A DNA stretch of 64,000 nucleotides from an uncultured Gammaproteobacteria bacterium. Lineage in GTDB: Bacteria > Patescibacteriota > Patescibacteriia > UBA9570. The DNA is taken from NCBI GenBank assembly GCA_964385285.1, contig CAYLOJ010000001.1, forward strand, positions 88,537 to 152,536. Direction: 5' to 3'. Each line of letters starts with the position of its first letter. Position 1 is the stretch's first letter. The position numbers were made by a program, and so were the translations under genes. Below, one piece after another: positions 47,375-55,205 of the stretch. Below the pieces are notes generated by a model. The model did no database searches. It saw only the letters and a list, made by a program, of their open reading frames with translations, and was not told the origin of the DNA.

Positions 47375-49417
47375 TTAGGGACGACGGCGGCGCAACGAGA
47401 GCAGCAGAATCGCGACCCAACTCCCGCTCGAGGCGAACCCCAAACGGTTGTTGCAGCCACAGCCAGTGCCGTAGAGAACAACACCCTTGCTGCTCCCCGT
47501 GTCATCCATTCCGGAATCCACGATTCCAGTGTCGTCGGTGTCACCCGAATCGCCAGAGTCACCGCTGTCGCCGGAATCTCCCGTGTCGGACTGATGGGCA
47601 TCACTCCCATCACAATCCTGGTCGATCCCGTCGTCCGGAACCTCTTCGGCACCGGGGTTGATGGTGGGGTCGGCGTCGTCACAGTCTCCTGCATACTCGC
47701 TGTAGCCGTCACCGTCAGAGTCGTCACACTCCGTGGAATCGTCTGCCACGCCCGAGCAATCCTGGTCCACACCGTCGCACGTTTCCGTAGCTCCGGGATG
47801 GATGGACGCATCCGTGTCGTTGCAGTCATCCGTGGTGTAGCTGTCGCCATCCACGTCATCCTCCAAGCAGTCGAGGATGCCGTTGCCGTCCACGTCATCT
47901 ACCCAATCTTCATCGGTGTAGCTGTCGCAGTCGTCGTCGATGCCGTTGCAGGCTTCGATGATCGCAGGGGACTGGGCCGAGTTTGCGTCGTTGCAGTCGC
48001 CCGCATCTTCGCTGTAGCCGTCGGAGTCGTCGTCGTAGCAGCTCGTGCCCTCGTCGATCGTGCCGTCACAGTCCTGGTCCACACCGTCGCACACTTCCGT
48101 AGCGCCGGGGAAGATGTCAGACCGCGTGTCGTCACAATCGGAGCTCAGGTCGTAGCCATCTGCGTCGATGTCGTCGTCGTCCGTGAGACCATCACAGTCC
48201 TGGTCCACACCGTCGTAGGCGATTTCGCTGGCGCCGGGGTTGGTACCGGCGGCGTTGTCGTCGCAGTCCGTGGTGTAGTCGTACCCGTCACCGTCCACGT
48301 CGGTCAGGTCGCTGCCGGAGCAGTCCTGGTCGATCCCGTCGTAGGCCGTTTCCGGCGCGCCCGGGTAGGTGGAAGGAGCACTATCATCACACTCCTCACA
48401 GCCCATGTAACCGTCACCGTCCACGTCGTCCTCGTCGCCGAGGCCGTCGCAGTTGGAGTCCACACCGTCGCAGCTCTCGCTGGCGCCGGGGAGGATGGTC
48501 GCATCGGTATCGTCACAGTCGCCCTCGTCCTCCTGGTAGCCGTCACCGTCGTCGTCGTAGGCGATCGTGCCCTCATCGATGATGCCGTCACAGTCGTTGT
48601 CCACCCCGTCGTAGTTCTCGTAGGCGCCGGGGTAGGCGTCCGCGTTGGCGTCGTTGCAGTCGTCACAGGCCAGGTAGGTGTCACCGTCGGCGTCGACCTC
48701 GTCGCCAAGGCCGTCGCAGTTGGAGTCCACACCGTCGCAGCTCTCGCTGGCGCCGGGGAGGATGGTCGCATCGGTATCGTCACAGTCGCCCTCGTCCTCC
48801 TGGTAGCCGTCACCGTCGTCGTCGTAGGCGATCGTGCCCTCATCGATGATGCCGTCACAGTCGTTGTCCACCCCGTCGTAGTTCTCGTAGGCGCCGGGGT
48901 AGGCGTCCGCGTTGGCGTCGTTGCAGTCGGTCCCACCCACGTCAGTGGAGTCGTAGCCGTCACCGTCGACATCGGTCAGGTCGCTGCCGGAGCAGTCCTG
49001 GTCGATCCCGTCGTAGGCGATCTCGACTTCGGCGAAACCATCGGCATGACCGTTGCAGTCATTGTCGATGCCGTCACCGCAGACCTCCGTCGCCGCAGGG
49101 TTAACCGCAGCATCGGTGTCGTTGCAATCGTCGGACCCGCTGTATCCATCACCGTCGTTCTCATCGGTGGTGCACAGCGCTGCAGGCTCCCAATCTTCAT
49201 CGTAGAGCCCGTCGCAGTCTTCGTCCTCGGCGTCACCACACTGCTCGGTGGCACCGGGGTAGATGGTGGGGTCGTAGTCGTTGCAGTCGACGGAGTCGTC
49301 GAAACCGTCGAGATCCACATCCGCCGCCATGGCGAAGTGGGGGAAGAGGGTGGCGATCATGACCAGCAGGGCGCAAAGCGCTCGACAGGTCGACTTCTGG
49401 TTGAGATTGAACCGCAT
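47375..49417 (-). CDS. Cys/Asp-rich secreted repeat protein with MopE-type metal-binding repeats and a MYXO-CTERM-like tail
   Basis: GGAGG Shine-Dalgarno motif 5 nt before the ATG. Signal peptide. About ten repeats of DGDGY..DCDDxDAxxxPGAxExCDGxDxDCDG. C-terminus is DSGDSGDSGDSG...GCGCNNRLGFASSGSWVAILLLSLRRRRP. About 68-70% GC. Confidence 0.6.
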   Translation of the reverse strand: MRFNLNQKSTCRALCALLVMIATLFPHFAMAADVDLDGFDDSVDCNDYDPTIYPGATEQCGDAEDEDCDGLYDEDWEPAALCTTDENDGDGYSGSDDCNDTDAAVNPAATEVCGDGIDNDCNGHADGFAEVEIAYDGIDQDCSGSDLTDVDGDGYDSTDVGGTDCNDANADAYPGAYENYDGVDNDCDGIIDEGTIAYDDDGDGYQEDEGDCDDTDATILPGASESCDGVDSNCDGLGDEVDADGDTYLACDDCNDANADAYPGAYENYDGVDNDCDGIIDEGTIAYDDDGDGYQEDEGDCDDTDATILPGASESCDGVDSNCDGLGDEDDVDGDGYMGCEECDDSAPSTYPGAPETAYDGIDQDCSGSDLTDVDGDGYDYTTDCDDNAAGTNPGASEIAYDGVDQDCDGLTDDDDIDADGYDLSSDCDDTRSDIFPGATEVCDGVDQDCDGTIDEGTSCYDDDSDGYSEDAGDCNDANSAQSPAIIEACNGIDDDCDSYTDEDWVDDVDGNGILDCLEDDVDGDSYTTDDCNDTDASIHPGATETCDGVDQDCSGVADDSTECDDSDGDGYSEYAGDCDDADPTINPGAEEVPDDGIDQDCDGSDAHQSDTGDSGDSGDSGDSGDTDDTGIVDSGMDDTGSSKGVVLYGTGCGCNNRLGFASSGSWVAILLLSLRRRRP
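48440..48930. repeat. Near-perfect tandem duplication (~267-bp period, ~221 bp identical per copy) inside the repeat-protein gene
   Basis: The string ggccgtcgcagttggagtccacaccgtcgcagctctcgctggcgccggggaggatggtcgc...gcgttggcgtcgttgcagt occurs at about 48442 and again at about 48708. It encodes the duplicated 89-aa block DCNDANADAY...CDGLGDE. Confidence 0.7.
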
Positions 49418-49677
49418 GAAACCTCCGCGGTGTTAGCGTGAACCGAATTCACTAGACGAATCGGATCTGTAGTTATCTGTATCTTTTTTTGGGAAAGAAC
49501 ATTCAAACACAGCCCGCACCAATGATCTAAACTAATCACTCGTGTGAACTGTATTTTTGCCGTTAGACGGCTCGGCACAATACTAGATTTTAACCAAAAA
49601 GTCAAGCCATCATTGAGCAGGACTATAGACCTGCGGATGGCACGTAATTACAAAGGGGATGGAATAGAAAGAATATA

Positions 49678-49709
49678 ATGCGTCGCACAATCATTCTTAT
49701 ACGACGCAT
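49678..49709. terminator. Inverted repeat / putative terminator downstream of ftsQ
   Basis: ATGCGTCG, a 16-nt loop, then CGACGCAT. A T-rich run follows on the minus strand. Confidence 0.3.
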
Positions 49710-49761
49710 GATTGGGGGAAGAGCCAATAGAATAGCCCAATAGCGCTTGATAGTAGATCTA

Positions 49762-50913
49762 CTATCGATAATACACTCTGTCAGTGAAACGCAGATCAAT
49801 ATACTCTAATCCAGTAACATCCTCGATGTCTGAACTTAATATCTGCTTGAGATGATCTAATTGCTGTTGTAAATCTAGACTCGTATCAAAATAAATTGCG
49901 ACACCTTGTTGTGTGATCACACTAATATCTCTGGTCACTGTCGGATAATCACACTTCACATCTACAAACTCGGCTTCATATTGGATAAATGCATCGGATC
50001 CAGAGGTGTTCTTATCCCCTTCGGCATGTTTAATTTCTTCCAAGAGGTCTAAACTTTGATCCACGGTAATTTCATTGTTGCGCAGTTGATCTAAGACAGC
50101 TCGTTTTTGTGATTTTGAAGATTCGGATTTTGAATCGGCGATTTCATCTGCAAAGATTTTTTCTGTCACATACTGTTTTTCCTGACAGGTCACCGGCATA
50201 ATTGCATACTCTGCGATATCCAAACCACTTTGTGCGGTAAAGCGATCATGTAGACCGCTGATAAAATCTACTACTGTCGGTCGCACGATATTTTCTCCCA
50301 CTGTCACTTTGCGCTTCTTATTCTCTTCGCGAATGTGTGGAAAATGCGGATCGGCTTCCCCTTCAGTTGTGATTTGAGTAATTGTTCCTTGAATATCTAA
50401 ATAGTAATACTGCTTGTTGTTGATATAGACATATCCCGGAACTCGTTCCGAGACGGTCACATTAACTGTTTTCGGCCAATCTGCACTAACGACAACCGAA
50501 CGTAACTGAATTTTTTGACTGAGGGTTGCAGAGATATCGGCTGCTAACTGCGTTTCATCTAAGACAGGTAAAAAGCGTTGTTTAAAGATTAGCCAACGTC
50601 TACGTTGTAAGGCGGAACGCGTCGCCTCTGCAATATCGTCAACGGTTAGATACTGTTCTCCACCAATGGTAATCCATTGCGCAGACAAAAACTGCCAGCG
50701 ACTAAACACTAGCCACAGTAATGCAATCAACAGAACTAGCGAACCCAAAATAGCCAAGCCATCACGTTTAATGCGGGCTGGTGTTGGGTCTTCGTGCTTA
50801 AAATACGGGTTGTGAAAACGACCTGCTGGCATGAGGTTGAGTATAGACGAAATCAATAAAATCAGCCATACTAAGACAGTTCTATGCGCCCATTTGATCA
50901 CTGGTGGCAGCAA
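49762..50913 (-). CDS. ftsQ: Cell division protein FtsQ/DivIB
   Basis: Single transmembrane helix, then a POTRA-like block (ITIGGEQYLTVDDIAEATRSAL) and a beta-domain. The true start may be the internal Met at 50832. Confidence 0.6.
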   Translation of the reverse strand: MLPPVIKWAHRTVLVWLILLISSILNLMPAGRFHNPYFKHEDPTPARIKRDGLAILGSLVLLIALLWLVFSRWQFLSAQWITIGGEQYLTVDDIAEATRSALQRRRWLIFKQRFLPVLDETQLAADISATLSQKIQLRSVVVSADWPKTVNVTVSERVPGYVYINNKQYYYLDIQGTITQITTEGEADPHFPHIREENKKRKVTVGENIVRPTVVDFISGLHDRFTAQSGLDIAEYAIMPVTCQEKQYVTEKIFADEIADSKSESSKSQKRAVLDQLRNNEITVDQSLDLLEEIKHAEGDKNTSGSDAFIQYEAEFVDVKCDYPTVTRDISVITQQGVAIYFDTSLDLQQQLDHLKQILSSDIEDVTGLEYIDLRFTDRVYYR

Positions 50914-50949
50914 TATCGCTCAAACCGACCACAGCGGTTTAGTTTAACT

Positions 50950-51774
50950 ATGGAGATTGGTCCATGGCCGCAAGATCAGATCATGGCTATCCCATATCCG
51001 ATCTCACATCAGCAACAAGTGGTTCAAAATTTTTCCTATCAGAGTGATGGCGTAGTGAGTGATCACAACGGTTGTTTAGTCATCACCGGTGGTACGTTTG
51101 CTACGCTGACAGCAGATATTACAGTGCGGCCGTTTCAGCGTATTTTGCCGCACACTGATTACTCATGGCAGCCCATTGGCTTGGCCGATCATGTCTACAC
51201 GACACCAGATGCATTCATACACTCCAACGATCCTGAAATTCATGCGATTGCAGCTCGTTTAAAACCAGACGGCACTCCAGACAGCCTAGAGATTCTGTCA
51301 GCGCTTTATCACCACACCTTAGAACGATTAAACTACGGCAATCCAATACCTGGCCTTTATACTACCTTAGAGGCACTGCGCCTCGGTTGTGTAGATTGTG
51401 GTGGGTTCAGCACCTACTTAGGAGCTCTAGCGCAAGCCTGTGGCATTCCTAGCCGTATCGTGGCTGGTTTCTGGGCGGGCTATCCTGACAATACCATGCA
51501 TGCCTGGGTGGAGGCATTATTGCCAGATGGCACTTGGTGGCCAATGGACGCCTCAGTGGAATGGATGCGCTTACGCCGCCGCTCTTACAAACATGGTGCC
51601 TTTGGCCATATTGGCAGTGATCGCATCGTCATTAGTGTCGGCACTAATCATCTCATTCGCCATCAGAATCAAGAGTACCCCGTAGGCATGCTACAGTTGC
51701 CAATGCTATTAAACGCAGATGGTACGGTTACACATCAACAAGCCATTACCAAAATTTTGACACAACGCCAATGA
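50950..51774 (+). CDS. Transglutaminase-like cysteine protease domain protein
   Basis: Transglutaminase core triad context: Cys in VDCGGFSTY, His in MHAWVEALL, Asp in WWPMDAS. The ORF track starts at 50884, overlapping ftsQ. Confidence 0.6.
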   Translation: MEIGPWPQDQIMAIPYPISHQQQVVQNFSYQSDGVVSDHNGCLVITGGTFATLTADITVRPFQRILPHTDYSWQPIGLADHVYTTPDAFIHSNDPEIHAIAARLKPDGTPDSLEILSALYHHTLERLNYGNPIPGLYTTLEALRLGCVDCGGFSTYLGALAQACGIPSRIVAGFWAGYPDNTMHAWVEALLPDGTWWPMDASVEWMRLRRRSYKHGAFGHIGSDRIVISVGTNHLIRHQNQEYPVGMLQLPMLLNADGTVTHQQAITKILTQRQ

Positions 51775-53000
51775 TCACCACTGCGTTATCGCCAAATTTG
51801 GAATCGAACGACCTACAACTCAGTCTTCGTTTATTGCTTCAACCCTGGCGCTGGCAACACGGCGCGGCGGAAGCAAACCTTGATCGTACCTTGCAGAATT
51901 ATTTTAGAACAAAACAGATCTGGTCTGTCAACTCCGGCCGCACTGCGTTACTAACCATTTTGCAAGCCCTACAACTGAAGACTGGTGATGAGGTGCTCAT
52001 GCAAGCTTTTACCTGTAATGCAGTTTGTAATCCGGTACGGTGGGCAGGTGGCCAACCCGTATATGTGGACATTGATGCCAACAGTTATAATCTATCACTC
52101 ACAGATCTTGAAAAAAAAATCACAGACCGATCCAGGGTGTTAATCATTCAGCACACATTTGGACGACCAGCCGAACTGACTCCCCTCTTGGCACTAGCAA
52201 AAAAACACCACCTGTTTGTGATTGAAGATTGTGCACATGCCTTAGGTGCACGTTATCACGATCAATTGGTTGGAACATTTGGTGATGCTGCTATCTTTAG
52301 CTTTGGTCGCGACAAAGTGATCTCCTCAATTTATGGCGGGGCGCTACTACTGAATAATACTGCCCTGCTCAAAACAGTTACTACCAGACTCTCCCTTCTC
52401 CCCTATCCCAAAACCCGTTGGACACTACAACAACTATTGCATCCCATTATTACCACGCTGGGACGTTCGATTCCCGGAGTGTTAGCACTAGCGCAAAAAT
52501 TAAAAATCATCTCCCTAGCAGTCAGTCGTGCTGAACGACAAGGCATACAACCCGACTATTTCCCAGCGCGTCTACCGAATGGCTTAGCTGCTCTGGCGCT
52601 GCAACAATTCCAGAAGCTGGAGCCCTTTAATTTGCATCGCCTACAACTGGCACAGCAATATCATGATGCATTACAGCCATCCACACCACTTCCAGACAGC
52701 ATCTGGTTGCGTTATAGTGTGCGGGTAAAGGATCCGCAAGCTGTCTTTACGCAAGCGAAACGGGCCGGTATGATATTAGGCGATTGGTATTGGTCAGTGA
52801 TTGTGCCGGACAGCACTGACCCAGCGGTATATGGCTATCACAGTGGTAGCTGCCCAGTCGCAGAAGAACTCGCCAGTCATGTAATAAACTTACCCACTCA
52901 TCCCCGTTTGTCTGTGGCTCAAGCCCATCAGATTATTGATTTCATTAAACCATTCGTTCAATCGACTGCTAGCTATGGCTCTAACCGTTCAAACCATTAA
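51771..53000 (+). CDS. DegT/DnrJ/EryC1/StrS-family PLP-dependent aminotransferase
   Basis: GDEVLMQAFTCNAVCNPV ... FSFGRDKVISS (PLP Lys) blocks. Confidence 0.8.
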   Translation: MITTALSPNLESNDLQLSLRLLLQPWRWQHGAAEANLDRTLQNYFRTKQIWSVNSGRTALLTILQALQLKTGDEVLMQAFTCNAVCNPVRWAGGQPVYVDIDANSYNLSLTDLEKKITDRSRVLIIQHTFGRPAELTPLLALAKKHHLFVIEDCAHALGARYHDQLVGTFGDAAIFSFGRDKVISSIYGGALLLNNTALLKTVTTRLSLLPYPKTRWTLQQLLHPIITTLGRSIPGVLALAQKLKIISLAVSRAERQGIQPDYFPARLPNGLAALALQQFQKLEPFNLHRLQLAQQYHDALQPSTPLPDSIWLRYSVRVKDPQAVFTQAKRAGMILGDWYWSVIVPDSTDPAVYGYHSGSCPVAEELASHVINLPTHPRLSVAQAHQIIDFIKPFVQSTASYGSNRSNH

Positions 53001-53985
53001 CGATCGTTCCGCTTGGGAACAATTTATTCAGCAACAGCAGCCCGACACGTTTTTGCATAGTTGGGCTTGGGGAGAATTTCAAACTCATCCAATTGAGCGC
53101 ATAGCTGCCTACGAAGATGGCCAAATCGTCGGTTTAGCTCTACTGATTATCACGAAAGCTAAACGCGGGACATTCCTACTGTGCCCACATGGTCCTGTAA
53201 TCCTGCCAGAACGTTTAGATGCGATTCGTGCCTTATTAGCTTACATGGTAGAAGCAGGAAAAAAAGCAAAAGCGGATTGGGTGCGCATCGCTCCAATTCT
53301 TCCTGATGAGCCACGCTATGGCACGCCACTGGCTGCTTATAACTTTGTACGCGCGCCCATTCACGTTCATCCTGAACTCAGTTGGATCCTTGACTTAGCG
53401 CCAGACGAAGCAACGCTATTGGCGAACATGCGTAAAACTACTCGCTATTCGATTAAGAAGGCCGAGAAGGAAGGTGTGACTGTGCGTATCTCGACTGACC
53501 CAGCAGACCTAAAGATTTTTTATGATCTGTATCTAGTAACAGTGAGCCGGCAAAAGTTCCAGCCATTCTCTTGGGAATATCTGCAACGCGAATTTGAGCT
53601 GTTCTCGAAATACAGCATGCTAAAAATTGGTATTGCCGAAGAAAATGGCAAACCAGTTTCTGGTGCCATGATTGTCACCACTCCCTATGAAGCTTTTTAT
53701 CACCAAGGAGCATCCGTTACTGGATCTAAGTCCGTTGCCTCGTATCTATTGCAATGGCGCATGATTCAAATGGCCAAACAATCTGGCTGCAAAAAATATA
53801 ATTTCTGGGGAATTAGTCCTGATGAAAAACCTAACCATCCCTGGGCAGGATTAAGCCTCTTTAAGAAAGGGTTTGGTGGTAAGGCCTACCAATATGTTCC
53901 GACTGCGGATGCTGCACTGACTTGGAAATACAAAGTAAACACCTGGATTGAGCGCCGTCGAGCAAAAAAACGCGGCTACGCTTAA
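52978..53985 (+). CDS. FemAB-family aminoacyl-tRNA-dependent peptidyltransferase
   Basis: FLHSWAWGEFQ N-terminal block and typical length. GNAT-like duplicated fold. Start chosen at MALTVQ. Confidence 0.6.
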   Translation, partial: ALTVQTINDRSAWEQFIQQQQPDTFLHSWAWGEFQTHPIERIAAYEDGQIVGLALLIITKAKRGTFLLCPHGPVILPERLDAIRALLAYMVEAGKKAKADWVRIAPILPDEPRYGTPLAAYNFVRAPIHVHPELSWILDLAPDEATLLANMRKTTRYSIKKAEKEGVTVRISTDPADLKIFYDLYLVTVSRQKFQPFSWEYLQREFELFSKYSMLKIGIAEENGKPVSGAMIVTTPYEAFYHQGASVTGSKSVASYLLQWRMIQMAKQSGCKKYNFWGISPDEKPNHPWAGLSLFKKGFGGKAYQYVPTADAALTWKYKVNTWIERRRAKKRGYA

Positions 53986-55205
53986 CGCTTAGGTATAATC
54001 TCTGTCACGCCCATCATCATGGGTAGTAACACCTCTGGGATGCGAACCGTACCTTCTGCCGTCTGATAGTTTTCCATAATTGCGGCAATAATCCGACCAA
54101 TCGCTAAAGCCGTAGCGTCATTCATGTGGACAAACTCCAGACTACCATCTACTTTACGGACTTTTGTATTTAAACGACGAGCTTGGTAATCGCTCATGTA
54201 ATCGGCAGTGTGGGTTTCGCGATAAACGCCTTGGCCCGGCATCCAGGTATTGATATCCATTCCACGTGCATTCGGATCGCCAATATCACCGGTGCATTTT
54301 AATAGCAATTGATACGGCAGATTCAATTTTTGAAGCAATTCTTCTTCGATCGAAACCAACAACTGATGTTCGGCTAAGGCTTGTTCACCGGTACTGAAGA
54401 CTTCCATCTCTACTTTATGAAATTGGTGTAAGCGAATGATACCACGCGTATCTTTACCGGCGGCACCTGCTTCGCGCCGTAAGGCCGGTGAAAAAGCGAT
54501 ATAACGTTTTGGTAATTGCTCTTCGGGAATAATTTCATCCATATGGATCGGACCCAGCGTATGTTCAGCACTCCCGATTAAATAGAGATCATCTGCAGGC
54601 AAATAGTAGCGTTCGTCTGTGGGATGCAAGCGTGCCATCTTTTCAAAGACAGCTGGCTTAATAAAGATTGGTGGAATTATCGGGGTAAAACCTTTGCGCA
54701 CAGCCACACTTAAGGCCAAATTGACTAAGGCGTATTCCATCAAGGCCAGATCCCCTTTTAAATAAGTAAACCGAGCGCCGGAGACTTCAGCGGCTTTTTC
54801 ATTATCAATCACATCTAACGCCCTCCCTAATTCCCAATGAGGCTTTGGTTGAAAATCAAACTTGGGCTGTTTGCCCCACTCTTTCACAATTTGATTACCG
54901 GATTCATCTGGACCAACCGGGGTGTCGCTAGTGGGAATATTGGGAACAGTCCAAAGCAATACACGTAGCTGTTCTTCGACGTCCGTTAGTTCTTTTTGGA
55001 TCCCTTTGACTTTCACGGATAATTCTTTGGCACCATCCTTGCCTAACTTACGTTGCTCAGCGCGCAAGGTATCGTGCTCCCCTTGCAGATCTTTACGTTT
55101 TTGGTCTAGAGCTAATAACGCATCAATATCCGCAGTTGATTTTTTATTCGTCACCGCTTGTTTCACTAAGTCCGTGTGTTGGCGAATGAATTTAATATCG
55201 ATCAT
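53982..55205 (-). CDS. serS: Seryl-tRNA synthetase
   Basis: N-terminal coiled-coil arm (MIDIKFIRQH...) and class II motifs. Confidence 0.9.
   Translation of the reverse strand: MIDIKFIRQHTDLVKQAVTNKKSTADIDALLALDQKRKDLQGEHDTLRAEQRKLGKDGAKELSVKVKGIQKELTDVEEQLRVLLWTVPNIPTSDTPVGPDESGNQIVKEWGKQPKFDFQPKPHWELGRALDVIDNEKAAEVSGARFTYLKGDLALMEYALVNLALSVAVRKGFTPIIPPIFIKPAVFEKMARLHPTDERYYLPADDLYLIGSAEHTLGPIHMDEIIPEEQLPKRYIAFSPALRREAGAAGKDTRGIIRLHQFHKVEMEVFSTGEQALAEHQLLVSIEEELLQKLNLPYQLLLKCTGDIGDPNARGMDINTWMPGQGVYRETHTADYMSDYQARRLNTKVRKVDGSLEFVHMNDATALAIGRIIAAIMENYQTAEGTVRIPEVLLPMMMGVTEIIPKR

Noticed and set aside
47594-49441. 615-aa ORF on the + strand antisense to the repeat-protein gene, plus several other antisense ORFs at 45650-47898 (for example 46084..46896 and 47353..47898)
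   Set aside because: These are long ORFs expected by chance in about 68% GC DNA. Their translations are Val/Ala/Gly runs with no signal, Shine-Dalgarno motif or motif content, and they fully overlap well-supported minus-strand genes.
49752-49765. Perfect 14-bp palindrome TAGTAGATCTACTA overlapping the ftsQ stop
   Set aside because: A loopless palindrome cannot form a stable terminator hairpin. It may be a protein-binding site, but a single occurrence of one 14-mer is insufficient. It contains a BglII site and is noted only in connection with the restriction-site observation.
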